DNA of 64,000 nucleotides from a bacterium (GTDB lineage: Bacteria; Patescibacteriota; Minisyncoccia; Moranbacterales; UBA2206): assembly GCA_030654225.1 (NCBI GenBank), contig JAURXY010000003.1:16056-80055 (forward strand), given 5' to 3'. The position numbers and the translations under genes are program-made. The first letter of the stretch is position 1; every line of letters starts with the position of its first letter. The notes under the pieces were generated by a model. That model saw only the letters and a program-made list of their open reading frames with translations. It made no database searches and was not told where the DNA came from. Positions 47,776-57,496 of this stretch are shown here, one piece after another.

Positions 47776-49668
47776 ATGCACCAGACATTTTATATCGATA
47801 TTGATGAAGAAATAACTTCTATCGTAGAGAGACTCAAGAAAGCCCGAGCGAGTGAAATTATTATAGTCGCACCTAAAAGAGCGTTGCTTATTCAAAGCAT
47901 CGTGAATTTGCGCATTCTCAAAAAAGAAGCGGATGAAAATGATATTCAACTAATGATGGTGACTCAAGATAAGCTTGGGAAAATTCTCATCGAGAAAGCT
48001 GGAATTTTTGTTCAACAAAAAATGGATAATATTTCTGATGAGGAAATCAATCTTAATGAAGAAGATATGGCAGGCGCTCAGAATTATTCCAACGAAAATG
48101 AGATGAATGGAATACGGGAAAGTCAAAATCGACTAAGCAAGATTGGCTCAGAAAATTATTTTAGCGAAGAGGAAAAGGCGCAGTATTTGCAGGCTAATTT
48201 GGAAAAAAACAGAAAAATTAAGGTGATCAAGAAAGATGAACCAATACAAGAAAAATTAATTAACAAAGAGTTGGTATCTGGAGTGGGAAAGATTTCCGGA
48301 AAAAAAGGGATAAGAGTGAGTCTGGATATTTCTACTCGATCAAGTGTTGCTGAAGAGCCAGAAATTATTGAAAAAAGCAGTACGAAAGAAAATGATGGAA
48401 TACAGGAGAAAAAAATAGAGAATTTTTTCTTTCAAAAGAATGATTTTGAAAATAATTCAAGAAAGTCACATGCTGAAGAATTTGGAAATTATGATTTATC
48501 CAAAAAAGATCATAGGGGTTTTTTGATTTTTGGATTAATTTCATCTTTGGCAGTGCTGGCTATCATCGCTTATTTATTTTTGCCAAAAGCTACTTTGAAA
48601 ATTACTGCCAAAGTGAAAACTCAATCAGTTGATTCTAATATAACCGGTAGCATAACGGCCGTTTCTTCTGATTTTGAAAAAGAAATTATTCCAGCCAAGA
48701 TAGTTTCAGCTGAAAGTTCTATTACTGAAAATTTCAAGGCTTCTGGGGATAAATCAGTTTCTAACCAAAAATCGCGAGGTAAAATTACAATTTACAATGA
48801 ATATAACGCTAGTCCACAACCTCTCGTGGCAACAACTAGATTTCTAAGTAGCAACGGAAAAATTTTTAGATTAGTAACGGGAGTGACAATTCCTGGAATG
48901 GAAACGGTTAGGGGAGAAACAAAGCCAGGAACAGTGGAGGCAACCGTGGTTGCAGATACGGCAGGAGAAAGTTTCAATATCGGTCCAGATAAATTTTCAA
49001 TTCCCGGCTTTGAAGGTAGCGGAGCAGAGAAATATACTAAATTTTATGCTAAATCAGATACGGCAATGTCAGGCGGAGGAAGTGGAAATCAAACAGCTAA
49101 TTATATAACCGATAGTGATGTGACTTCCGCCAAAGCCAAGTCTCTCACAAAATTGAATGAAGAAATTAAAAATAAATTAAAAGAATCCGCGGGAGAAGAT
49201 GTGGTTATCTTGGACGACGCGACGCAAGGCGACGAACCAATCTATAAGTTGTCTAATTCAAGTGGAGACGTGGTGGATACGTTTCAAATTACTATGCAAA
49301 CAAAAGTTAAGGCGATTGTGGTCAGCAAAAAAGATCTAAATGAAATGGTGGCGAAAATGATTTCCAAGGCAGGCGATGGTAAGGCAGGTATAGATAGCGC
49401 TTCTATGAAGTTAGATTTTGGAAAATCCAGTGTTGATTTTTCGGCTGGAACCATTGATATAAAATTTCATGCCGTTGGCGAAATTATTCCAAATCTCAAT
49501 TTAGAAGCTATGAAAAAAGAGATTTTAGGAAAAAATAACGAGGATTTAACGGCTTATCTAAGTACATTTTCCGATATCAAGGATGCCAATGTGGAATATC
49601 GGCCGTCATTTATAAATAGTCGCATTCCGCAAATAGAAAGTCGAGTAGAGATAATACTTGACAAATAA
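47776..49668 (+). CDS. Membrane-anchored protein with baseplate J-like C-terminal domain
   Basis: YIDIDEEITS N-domain, single TM, GKITIYN, LVATTRF, G..FNIGP, FSIPGF, GG motifs. Confidence 0.7.
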   Translation: MHQTFYIDIDEEITSIVERLKKARASEIIIVAPKRALLIQSIVNLRILKKEADENDIQLMMVTQDKLGKILIEKAGIFVQQKMDNISDEEINLNEEDMAGAQNYSNENEMNGIRESQNRLSKIGSENYFSEEEKAQYLQANLEKNRKIKVIKKDEPIQEKLINKELVSGVGKISGKKGIRVSLDISTRSSVAEEPEIIEKSSTKENDGIQEKKIENFFFQKNDFENNSRKSHAEEFGNYDLSKKDHRGFLIFGLISSLAVLAIIAYLFLPKATLKITAKVKTQSVDSNITGSITAVSSDFEKEIIPAKIVSAESSITENFKASGDKSVSNQKSRGKITIYNEYNASPQPLVATTRFLSSNGKIFRLVTGVTIPGMETVRGETKPGTVEATVVADTAGESFNIGPDKFSIPGFEGSGAEKYTKFYAKSDTAMSGGGSGNQTANYITDSDVTSAKAKSLTKLNEEIKNKLKESAGEDVVILDDATQGDEPIYKLSNSSGDVVDTFQITMQTKVKAIVVSKKDLNEMVAKMISKAGDGKAGIDSASMKLDFGKSSVDFSAGTIDIKFHAVGEIIPNLNLEAMKKEILGKNNEDLTAYLSTFSDIKDANVEYRPSFINSRIPQIESRVEIILDK

Positions 49669-49686
49669 TTGGGGAAGCGATATTAT
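49658..49686 (+). promoter_or_regulatory. Sigma70 promoter for the infA-alpha cluster
   Basis: TTGACA-17 nt-TATTAT. Confidence 0.65.
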
Positions 49687-49827
49687 GGTAGGGAAGTTAA
49701 AAATAAAGTTTCAATATATAGAGGGAATTTTTCGGTTTTCAGGAATTTGGATTGATAGTTTAGTCCCAAGACACAAGTGAAATTTTTTCACTGGTCTTGC
49801 GAAATTCCGTCTATTTTTTGTTTTATA

Positions 49828-50046
49828 ATGAATAATAAAGAATTAGTTAAATTAGAAGGAGAAGTTGTGGAAAATTTGCCTAGCACAACGTTCAAGGTAA
49901 AATTGGATAATGGCCATGAAATCTTGGCTCATATTTCTGGAAGAATGCGAGTGAACTATATTCGTCTTATTCCAGGAGATAGAGTTATTGTTGAAATGAG
50001 TCCATACGACCTAACCAAAGGTAGAATTACTCAAAGATTAAAATAG
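49828..50046 (+). CDS. infA: Translation initiation factor IF-1
   Basis: [26 protein letters not shown]; ATG at 49828. Confidence 0.97.
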   Translation: MNNKELVKLEGEVVENLPSTTFKVKLDNGHEILAHISGRMRVNYIRLIPGDRVIVEMSPYDLTKGRITQRLK

Positions 50047-50242
50047 CATGCGAATAGCGCGCTACGAATGCGCCCATGCGAATGAAATAATATGAAAGTA
50101 AGAGCATCAGTAAAAAAAATTTGTGATAAATGTAAAATTGTTAAAAGAAACAAAAAGATTTTTGTTATTTGTTCTAATCCAAAGCATAAACAACGTCAAG
50201 GATAGCATGCGAATAGCGCACTACAAATGCGCCCATGCGAAT
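50044..50242 (+). repeat. 40-nt direct repeats flanking rpmJ (50044-50083, 50203-50242)
   Basis: tagcatgcgaatagcgcRctacRaatgcgcccatgcgaat, 2 mismatches. Confidence 0.9.
50092..50205 (+). CDS. rpmJ: 50S ribosomal protein L36 (not in ORF track)
   Basis: [37 protein letters not shown]. Confidence 0.97.
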   Translation: MKVRASVKKICDKCKIVKRNKKIFVICSNPKHKQRQG

Positions 50243-50256
50243 TTATAAAAACAATT

Positions 50257-50643
50257 ATGTTACGAATTTCCGGAGTTAATATTCCAGATGAAAAAAGAAT
50301 AGTGATTTCTCTAACCTATATATATGGGATAGGTAATGCTGTGGCAGCTAAAATTTTGAAAGAGCTTGGCATTTCTCCAGATAAAAGAACCAAAGATTTG
50401 AATGACGAAGAGCAAAATGCTATTCGAACTTACATTGAGAAAAAAATAAAATCTGAAGGAGAGCTTAAGCATGAAGTACGAAACAATATCAAGAGACTCA
50501 AGGAAATTGGTTGTTATCGCGGAACTCGTCATCAAAAAGGTTTGCCAACCAGAGGACAAAGAACTAAAACGAACAATCGAACTGTACGAGGCAATGTGAG
50601 ACGAACAATGGGATCTGGCCGAGTAAAGACTGAAAAGACTTAA
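50257..50643 (+). CDS. rpsM: 30S ribosomal protein S13
   Basis: [28 protein letters not shown]. Confidence 0.97.
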   Translation: MLRISGVNIPDEKRIVISLTYIYGIGNAVAAKILKELGISPDKRTKDLNDEEQNAIRTYIEKKIKSEGELKHEVRNNIKRLKEIGCYRGTRHQKGLPTRGQRTKTNNRTVRGNVRRTMGSGRVKTEKT

Positions 50644-50647
50644 AAAA

Positions 50648-50685
50648 GCGATGCGAATCTACGAATGACATGCGAATCTACGAAT
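50648..50685 (+). repeat. Dispersed repeat identical to 34111-34148
   Basis: gcgatgcgaatctacgaatgacatgcgaatctacgaat. Confidence 0.9.
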
Positions 50686-50716
50686 TATTTTTTTAAAAAA
50701 GTTGATAATTTAAATT

Positions 50717-51187
50717 ATGGCTGAAGAAAAAAAATTAAAAACTGAAGAGAAAAAAGAATCAGAAACAAAAACTGAAGTTTTGGAAGTGGAAAAAAACGAA
50801 GAAGAAGTAGCTAAGAAAAAAATCAAGAAAGCTAAACGACAAATTTCTAAGGGCCGAGCGACAGTTAAGTGTTCATATAACAACACCATGGTGAGTGTGG
50901 CTGACTTGACCGGTTGCGTTTTAGGTTGGGCAAGTTCAGGAATGCTTGGTTTTAAAGGAGCAAAAAAGGCCACTCCATATGCTGCTACTCAAGTGGTGGC
51001 TAATGTAAGTGAAAAAGTAAAAAAATACGGACTAACAGAATTGGAAGTTTTTGTCAAAGGTGTGGGAAGTGGTAGAGAAGCTTCTATCCGCGCGCTGGCT
51101 AATAATGGATTTGATTTAACATTAATCAAGGATGTGACCCCGATTCCACACAATGGATGTCGGGCGAAAAAACCTAGACGAATATAA
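50717..51187 (+). CDS. rpsK: 30S ribosomal protein S11
   Basis: YNNT, KATPYAA, GSGRE, DVTPIPHNGCR. Confidence 0.97.
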   Translation: MAEEKKLKTEEKKESETKTEVLEVEKNEEEVAKKKIKKAKRQISKGRATVKCSYNNTMVSVADLTGCVLGWASSGMLGFKGAKKATPYAATQVVANVSEKVKKYGLTELEVFVKGVGSGREASIRALANNGFDLTLIKDVTPIPHNGCRAKKPRRI

Positions 51188-51192
51188 AGTTT

Positions 51193-51825
51193 ATGGCACG
51201 AGATATACAAGCAAAATGTAGAAAATGCAGAAGGGCTGGAGAAAAGCTTTTTATTAAAGGTGACAGGTGTAACGGACCTAAATGCGCTATGGTAAAACGG
51301 GCTTATGCACCGGGAGTTCATGGCAAAAAAATAAAACGCGGACTTAGCGAATACGGAATGCAACTTGCAACAAAACAGAAGATAAAAAGAATGTATGGTG
51401 TTCTAGAAAAACAATTCAGAAAACATTTTGAAGAGGTAAAAGGAAAAAAAGGAATCACGGGAGATTTGCTGTTGGCTCGCTTGGAAATGCGCCTAGACAA
51501 TGTGGTATATCGAATGGGCTTGGCTAGTTCTAGATCCGGGGCTCGTCAATTAGTTAATCACGGGCTAATTAGCGTGGAAGGAAAAAAAGTGACTATTCCG
51601 TCATATGAAACTAAAATCGGGCAAACTATTGGACTAAATAAGGCTAAAACAGAACGAAATTATTTCAAAAATATAGATCAAGCTTTGAAAAATAAAAAAG
51701 ATTTTCCAGCTTGGATAAGTTTTGACGCGGATAAAAAAGAAGGAAAAGTCACGGGGCAACCACAAAGAATGGATATTGGGGTAAATGTTGACGCCCAAAT
51801 TATAGTGGAATATTATTCTCGATAA
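51193..51825 (+). CDS. rpsD: 30S ribosomal protein S4
   Basis: CRKCRR, YAPGVHG, LEMRLDNVVYR, IVEYYSR. Confidence 0.97.
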   Translation: MARDIQAKCRKCRRAGEKLFIKGDRCNGPKCAMVKRAYAPGVHGKKIKRGLSEYGMQLATKQKIKRMYGVLEKQFRKHFEEVKGKKGITGDLLLARLEMRLDNVVYRMGLASSRSGARQLVNHGLISVEGKKVTIPSYETKIGQTIGLNKAKTERNYFKNIDQALKNKKDFPAWISFDADKKEGKVTGQPQRMDIGVNVDAQIIVEYYSR

Positions 51826-51830
51826 ATTAA

Positions 51831-51910
51831 AATAACAGAAAAATACAGAATACAACAGAATAACACAGAAAAAATTCTGTGTCGTTCTGAAAAATTCTGT
51901 GTCGTTCTGA
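51831..51910. repeat. 10-nt-period convergent repeat array
   Basis: (N4 ACAGAA)x4 then (aaaattctgtgtcgttctga)x2. Confidence 0.85.
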
Positions 51911-51917
51911 AAATTAT

Positions 51918-52883
51918 ATGCAAATATCACTTCCTCAAAAACCTAAATATGTTTCTTCGGATAAGAAAACAGCTACTTTCGAAATTGAAGGTTGCTATCC
52001 GGGATATGGAACAACATTAGGCAACGCTCTTCGCAGAGTACTTTTGTCTTCTCTTTCTGGGGCGGCTATCGTTTCTGTTAAGATAAAAAATGTTAAACAT
52101 GAATTTTCCACTATCCCAAATGTAGCGGAAGATATTATTCAGATTATCTTGAACTTGAAGCAAGTGAGATTCAAGCTTTTCGGGGAAGAAAGCGTGAAAG
52201 TTAATTTGAAAGTTAAGGGTGAAAAGAAAATAACTGCTGATATGATAGAATGTCCTTCCAATGTGGAAGTGGTTAATGGCGATGCTTTCATTGCTTCTAT
52301 CACTAGTCCAAAAGGTGAAGTTGAAATAGAAATGGAAATTTCTAGTGGAATTGGTTATATCCCAGTGGAGCAACAAGATCGCGAGAAAAAAGAAGTGGGT
52401 GTGATTGCGGTGGACGCAATTTATACTCCGATTCGAAGAGTTAATTATACTATTTCTAATATGCGCGTGGGAAAAAGAACTGATTTTGAAAAAATAAGTT
52501 TGGAAATTGCAACTGACGGAAGCATTGATCCGCAAGAAGCTTTTTTGAAATCAGTAGAAATTCTCGTGGAACAATTCTCAATCCTTAAGGATTTGGAAAA
52601 AGCTGGTAAGGAAAAAGAAGCGGTTATCGAAGAAAAAAAGGAAGTTGAAGTAGAGGTGAAAAAAGTAGAAAAAGATCCAAATATAGTTGAAATTGCTGAC
52701 CTAAAGAGTCTTTCCACTAGAACTCTAAATGTTTTAGAAAAAGCAAAAATCAAAAATGTTGGTGATATTGTAAAATTAAACGAGGACGAAATTACTAATT
52801 TGGATGGCATGGGAGCAAAAGGCATCAAAGAAATCAAAAAAGCCGTAGGTGATTTCGGGCTAAATTTAAAGAAAGTAGAGTAG
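51918..52883 (+). CDS. rpoA: RNA polymerase alpha subunit
   Basis: GYGTTLGNALRRVLLSS, HEFSTI, DAIYTPI. Confidence 0.97.
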   Translation: MQISLPQKPKYVSSDKKTATFEIEGCYPGYGTTLGNALRRVLLSSLSGAAIVSVKIKNVKHEFSTIPNVAEDIIQIILNLKQVRFKLFGEESVKVNLKVKGEKKITADMIECPSNVEVVNGDAFIASITSPKGEVEIEMEISSGIGYIPVEQQDREKKEVGVIAVDAIYTPIRRVNYTISNMRVGKRTDFEKISLEIATDGSIDPQEAFLKSVEILVEQFSILKDLEKAGKEKEAVIEEKKEVEVEVKKVEKDPNIVEIADLKSLSTRTLNVLEKAKIKNVGDIVKLNEDEITNLDGMGAKGIKEIKKAVGDFGLNLKKVE

Positions 52884-52905
52884 ACTAACTAGATTTTTTA
52901 CGATT

Positions 52906-53268
52906 ATGCAACACAAGAATAAAACAAAGGAATTTGGCAGAACAACAAGTCAAAGAAAGGCAATGTATAAAACAATGCTAGGGAGTTTGATTATGCGAGA
53001 GAAAATTCAAACAACTGAGGCAAAAGCTAAAGAGCTCAAAGCCAGAATTGACAAGGTGATCAACAAAGCTAAAATTGGCAATGATGAAAAGAAAAAGCTT
53101 AGCATCCGAAGAGATTTGGTCAAATATATTCCAGAAATTGCTATCAAAAAGATCACCGGAGAATTTTTGAAAAAATTTGAAAAGAAAAATTGTGGCTATA
53201 CAAGAGTGATAAAATTAGCTCCAAGAAAAAGTGATGGAGCCAGAGTTGCAGTAATTGAATTTATATAA
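52906..53268 (+). CDS. rplQ: 50S ribosomal protein L17
   Basis: IQTTEAKAKE, GYTRVIK, RKSDGA. Confidence 0.95.
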   Translation: MQHKNKTKEFGRTTSQRKAMYKTMLGSLIMREKIQTTEAKAKELKARIDKVINKAKIGNDEKKKLSIRRDLVKYIPEIAIKKITGEFLKKFEKKNCGYTRVIKLAPRKSDGARVAVIEFI

Positions 53269-53270
53269 TT

Positions 53271-53657
53271 ATGAAAACAATCAACAGAAAATATCATTTA
53301 TTTGATGCGAAAAAAGAAAATCTTGGAAGAATGGCAACAAAAATTGCGACAATTCTTCGTGGTAAAAACAAAGTTGATTTCACTCCAAATATCGACGGTG
53401 GTGATTTTGTGGTGGTTATAAATTCTGACAATCTGCAAGTGACTGGCAATAAACTAGATGGAAAGTTGTACCATCATTATAGCGGATATCCTGGAGGAAT
53501 TAGAAGCGTAAAACTCAAAGATCAAATTGAAAAAGATTCTCGAGAAGTCATCAAAATGGCAGTTTATGGAATGTTGTCAAAAAATAAATTGAGAGATTTG
53601 ATGATAAAGAGACTTTTGATATACAAAGATGATAAGCATGAGCACAAGATTTCCTAA
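53271..53657 (+). CDS. rplM: 50S ribosomal protein L13
   Basis: LGRMAT, LRGKNK, GDFVVVIN, HYSGYPGG. Confidence 0.96.
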   Translation: MKTINRKYHLFDAKKENLGRMATKIATILRGKNKVDFTPNIDGGDFVVVINSDNLQVTGNKLDGKLYHHYSGYPGGIRSVKLKDQIEKDSREVIKMAVYGMLSKNKLRDLMIKRLLIYKDDKHEHKIS

Positions 53658-53680
53658 TTATATTAGTAGAGAAAAAAATT

Positions 53681-54142
53681 ATGCCAACAAAGAAAATTGT
53701 AAAAAAAGAAGATAAGATAGTTGAAAAAAAAGAAGTTGCCAAGAAAGGAACTTATTTTTATGCAGTCGGCAGAAGAAAAACTGCTATAGCTAGAGTCAAG
53801 ATTTTTCCATCTGACATTGCTCAAAATACACTCGTGATAAATGAAAAGAAATTCGAAGAATATTTTCCAGTGAGTCGCTGGCGAGATTTGGCGAAAGCCC
53901 CCTTAGCTTTAGCAGGTGAAGGTGCAAAATTTAGCGTAGAAGCAAAGGTTTATGGTGGCGGAATAAGTGCACAGGCTGACGCAGTAAAACTTGGAATTGC
54001 TAGAGCGCTTGTGCTTTTTGACAAAGAATTGAAAAAAGCTTTGAAGGGAGAAAAATATCTAACCCGTGATCCGCGAGAAGTGGAACGCAAGAAATTCGGC
54101 CTCAAAAAAGCTAGAAAAGCCCCTCAATGGGCGAAACGATAG
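53681..54142 (+). CDS. rpsI: 30S ribosomal protein S9
   Basis: GRRKTA, GGGISAQA, LTRDPREVERKK, QWAKR. Confidence 0.97.
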   Translation: MPTKKIVKKEDKIVEKKEVAKKGTYFYAVGRRKTAIARVKIFPSDIAQNTLVINEKKFEEYFPVSRWRDLAKAPLALAGEGAKFSVEAKVYGGGISAQADAVKLGIARALVLFDKELKKALKGEKYLTRDPREVERKKFGLKKARKAPQWAKR

Positions 54143-54165
54143 GAAATTTTATTTATGTATTTCTC

Positions 54166-54199
54166 AAAATACCCCCGACAAAGTCGGGGGTATTTTTTT
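54166..54199 (+). terminator. Intrinsic terminator after rpsI
   Basis: aaaatacccccgac-aaa-gtcgggggtatttt. Confidence 0.85.
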
Positions 54200-54239
54200 G
54201 CTATAAAATTGATTTTAGAGTAAAATAAGAGATAGAAAA

Positions 54240-54326
54240 TAAAAAAAGGCTCCTTAGGTACTAACACCTTTCGGATCCTTTTCGTCTTTATGCATAAAAT
54301 ATACACCCAAATCAGCGAAATGTCAA
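54240..54326 (-). ncRNA. Candidate small RNA with its own promoter and U-tailed hairpin
   Basis: Minus strand TTGACA-17 nt-TATATT then a ~50-nt hairpin ending in U7; no ORF. Confidence 0.4.
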
Positions 54327-54776
54327 CAGTATCAACTAAACCTATTCATAATACACTTATTTAGACTAAATATTCCACAAAATTTGCGAACACATCCTTT
54401 GGCTTATTAGGAAAAAGGGGGTAGAATGGAAGTGTTAAGTAATCTGATGAATTGCGTAATATAAATAATTCGGGGTGGTGGTGAATCAAAATTGAAAAAC
54501 ATTCTCAAAACCGTGAAAATGCACTAATTTTAACCACATTTTCACGATTATGTTGACAAAAACGTGAAATCTCTAGAAAAAGGCGTTTGGAAGATTGGGG
54601 TTGAAAATTAGAAAAAATCATAAAAAAGAAATTGAATTACAAGAAAAATTACCAGTTTTTGTGAAAAACTAAGCATAAATAAGCCATCTTAGCGGATAGT
54701 TTAAGCTACTTGACTAGTGTAAACAAAAATGATATATTAGTTTATGCTAGTATATTAGAGTAAACTAAATAACTTT

Positions 54777-55922
54777 ATGAAAAATATAATTGGAATAAAG
54801 AAAAAACACATAAAGGGATATAACTATCTTTCCCTTTTTTCTTTTCCTTCAAATGAGATAAGAAATGCTATTCCGAATTCGCTGATTCAAAAATCAAATC
54901 ATGCGCAATTTCTTTTAGGAAAACTTTCTGGAATTACAATATTACTCCCGGATGTCAATTATTTTATAAGCTCGTATGTCATGAAAGATGCGGCGTCTTC
55001 TTCTCAAATCGAAGGAACAAAAGCGACTATGATTGATGCTTTGGAATATGTTGCTGATTCGATGAGCGAAAGCGACACGGACGCAGACGATATTGCTCAT
55101 TATATACAGGCTTTAAATTATGGCCTAGACAGATTAAAGCAAGAAAATTTTCCTTTCACCCTTCGTTTTATAAGAGAGTTGCATGGCAAATTGATGCAAA
55201 AAGCGCGATCAACTCATTTTGCTGATCCTGGTGAATTTCGCAAGTCTCAAAATTGGATTGGCGGAACAAGACCTGATAATGCAAGTTTTGTGCCACCTGC
55301 TCCAGAAGAAATTGCCAGTGCACTTGGTGATCTTGAAAAGTTTATCCATTCTTCATTTGCCCATCCGGTCGTGGACGCTGGTTTATTGCATGCGCAATTT
55401 GAAACTATCCATCCATTTTTGGACGGCAATGGTCGCACAGGAAGGCTTTTGATTACTTTTTATCTAATTCATCATAAATATCTTGAGTTGCCGGCATTAT
55501 TTTTGTCGTCTTATTTTAAAAAATATCAAAAAGTTTATTATCAGAGACTTGGTAAATATCATAATGGCAATATTTTGCCATGGCTTGAATTTTTTACGGA
55601 TGCGGTAATTGAAACGGCAAATGAGGCAATAGAAATATCAAAAAAGGTGACGAAATTACGCGATCGAGATTTGATTATTATTTCAAGATTTAGCAAAAAA
55701 ACTTCAGATATTGCTGTAAAGGTTGTGCAGAGGTTATATAAAGATCCAATAGTTTCATCTACTACTATCCAAGAGTGGATTGGTCAAACAAAACCGGGTG
55801 CGCTTAAATTTATTGATAAACTTATTGAGTCGGATATTTTAGTGCTTCATCGCAAAGGAGAAGGAACACGTCCATCATTATATGCACATAAAGAATATCT
55901 AAAAATTTTTGCTGAAAAATAA
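54777..55922 (+). CDS. Fic family protein (class II, N-terminal inhibitory helix, probable C-terminal HTH)
   Basis: SSQIEG, GEFRKSQNWIG, HPFLDGNGRTGR. Confidence 0.93.
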   Translation: MKNIIGIKKKHIKGYNYLSLFSFPSNEIRNAIPNSLIQKSNHAQFLLGKLSGITILLPDVNYFISSYVMKDAASSSQIEGTKATMIDALEYVADSMSESDTDADDIAHYIQALNYGLDRLKQENFPFTLRFIRELHGKLMQKARSTHFADPGEFRKSQNWIGGTRPDNASFVPPAPEEIASALGDLEKFIHSSFAHPVVDAGLLHAQFETIHPFLDGNGRTGRLLITFYLIHHKYLELPALFLSSYFKKYQKVYYQRLGKYHNGNILPWLEFFTDAVIETANEAIEISKKVTKLRDRDLIIISRFSKKTSDIAVKVVQRLYKDPIVSSTTIQEWIGQTKPGALKFIDKLIESDILVLHRKGEGTRPSLYAHKEYLKIFAEK

Positions 55923-55953
55923 TTGGATTTTAAAATTAGAAAATATCACAAAA

Positions 55954-55984
55954 AAAGAAAAAGCCCATCACGGGCTTTTTCTTT
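55954..55984. terminator. Terminator after Fic gene
   Basis: aaagaaaaagccc-atcac-gggctttttcttt. Confidence 0.7.
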
Positions 55985-56078
55985 ACGAAAGGGGGGATTG
56001 GGGGTAAGATATAAGTGTTAAGTAACCCGCCTCATCGGCGGACAAGCATGTTAAGTAACAAAACTAAAAACAAATAAT

Positions 56079-56261
56079 ATGCCTACGCGAAAAATTGAGG
56101 AGAAAAATGTGAGGAAATTAACCCGCATGGGGAGAGCGGGAAGTAGTCTCGGGATGACCATCCCGAAAGAAATTGTCCAGGAACTTGGTTGGCGAGAACG
56201 TCAGAAAGTGGTTGTGAAAAAGTTGGGGAATAAATTAATCATTGAGGATTGGAAGAAATAA
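56079..56261 (+). CDS. AbrB/MazE/SpoVT-type DNA-binding protein
   Basis: RKLTRMG..SLGMTIPKEIVQELGW...VVV. Confidence 0.8.
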   Translation: MPTRKIEEKNVRKLTRMGRAGSSLGMTIPKEIVQELGWRERQKVVVKKLGNKLIIEDWKK

Positions 56262-56270
56262 ATAAGAATT

Positions 56271-57494
56271 ATGGCGAACAGCAATCTTACAAACGCAAAA
56301 AAAGCCAAGAATGATGAGTTCTATACTCAATTTGGAGATATTCAAAAAGAGATTGAGGCATATTTGGAATATGACAAAAATGTATTCCGAAATAAAGTAG
56401 TATATTGCAACTGCGATGATCCGTTTGAAAGCAATTTCTTTCGCTATTTCGTGCTTAATTTCAACAAACTTGGATTGAAACAGCTTATCACAACTAGTTA
56501 TAAACCCTCGCCAGTAGCCAACACGCAACTAGCGCTATTTGGCGATGATAAAACTCTCACAAAATTAAAAGGCCGTCCAAAAATAAATGCTAACAAATTT
56601 ATTATCAACGAAGTGCACGACATAGATGGTGATGGAGAATTTAATTTGAAGGATATCGCTCAACAACTAAAAGATAACAAAAACAATGAATGGGAGCCAC
56701 TCATCGGCGACGGTGATTTTCGTAGCGATGAATGCTTGGATTTACTTAAAGCGTCAGACATTGTAGTAACGAATCCGCCCTTTAGTTTGTTTCGCGAATA
56801 CGTTAATCAACTTTTTGAGCACAACAAAAAACTTGTCATTATTGGAAATATGAATGCGATTACATATAAGGAAATTTTCCCCCTGATTAAAGCAAATAGA
56901 TTGTGGCTTGGAGCAACTGGAAATGGAAGTGATATGGTTTTTGCCGTACCAAGCGGTATTGAGATTGCAGAGAGTGACAGACAAAAGGCAGCTCGACTAG
57001 GTTATGTAGGTGATTATACAAGACTTGGAAACTCTTGCTGGTTTACAAATCTTGATCATGGTAGGCGTCATAGACCACTACCACTAATGACGGGGGCAGA
57101 TATTATAAAGTTCAGTGCAAAAAAACCGTTTGAAAAATACGACAATTATAATGCAATAGAAATTTCTTTTGTTAAAAATATCCCTAGTGATTATGATGGA
57201 GTGATGGGTGTGCCGATTAGTTTTCTTGATAAATATAATCCCGACCAGTTTGAAATTTTAGGAGCTACTCAAAGAGGTTGTCATAATGAGGTTCCTGACA
57301 CAAAAAAATATGATGATTACTGGGAAGTAAGACAGAGTGGCAAGAAAACAGGATCTTCTGGTGGGAAAACAAATGAAAATGCTAATTTAGTTGGGAATGA
57401 TGGGAAGAAGAATTATTTTATAAATAACGAAGGCCGAATAATTCAATCCGCTTATCAAAGAATTTTTATTAAACATAAGAAAGTCAAAAAATAA
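56271..57494 (+). CDS. Adenine DNA methyltransferase, EcoRI-methylase family
   Basis: KNDEFYT, YCNCDDP, GDGDFRS, VTNPPFSLFREY, MGVPISFLDKY. Confidence 0.9.
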   Translation: MANSNLTNAKKAKNDEFYTQFGDIQKEIEAYLEYDKNVFRNKVVYCNCDDPFESNFFRYFVLNFNKLGLKQLITTSYKPSPVANTQLALFGDDKTLTKLKGRPKINANKFIINEVHDIDGDGEFNLKDIAQQLKDNKNNEWEPLIGDGDFRSDECLDLLKASDIVVTNPPFSLFREYVNQLFEHNKKLVIIGNMNAITYKEIFPLIKANRLWLGATGNGSDMVFAVPSGIEIAESDRQKAARLGYVGDYTRLGNSCWFTNLDHGRRHRPLPLMTGADIIKFSAKKPFEKYDNYNAIEISFVKNIPSDYDGVMGVPISFLDKYNPDQFEILGATQRGCHNEVPDTKKYDDYWEVRQSGKKTGSSGGKTNENANLVGNDGKKNYFINNEGRIIQSAYQRIFIKHKKVKK

Positions 57495-57496
57495 CT

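Noticed and set aside
47776-49668. Prophage
   Set aside because: Lone baseplate-like domain with a TM helix among housekeeping genes; no other phage genes.
50044-50685. CRISPR array
   Set aside because: The repeats are separated by ribosomal protein genes, not by uniform spacers, and no cas genes are present.
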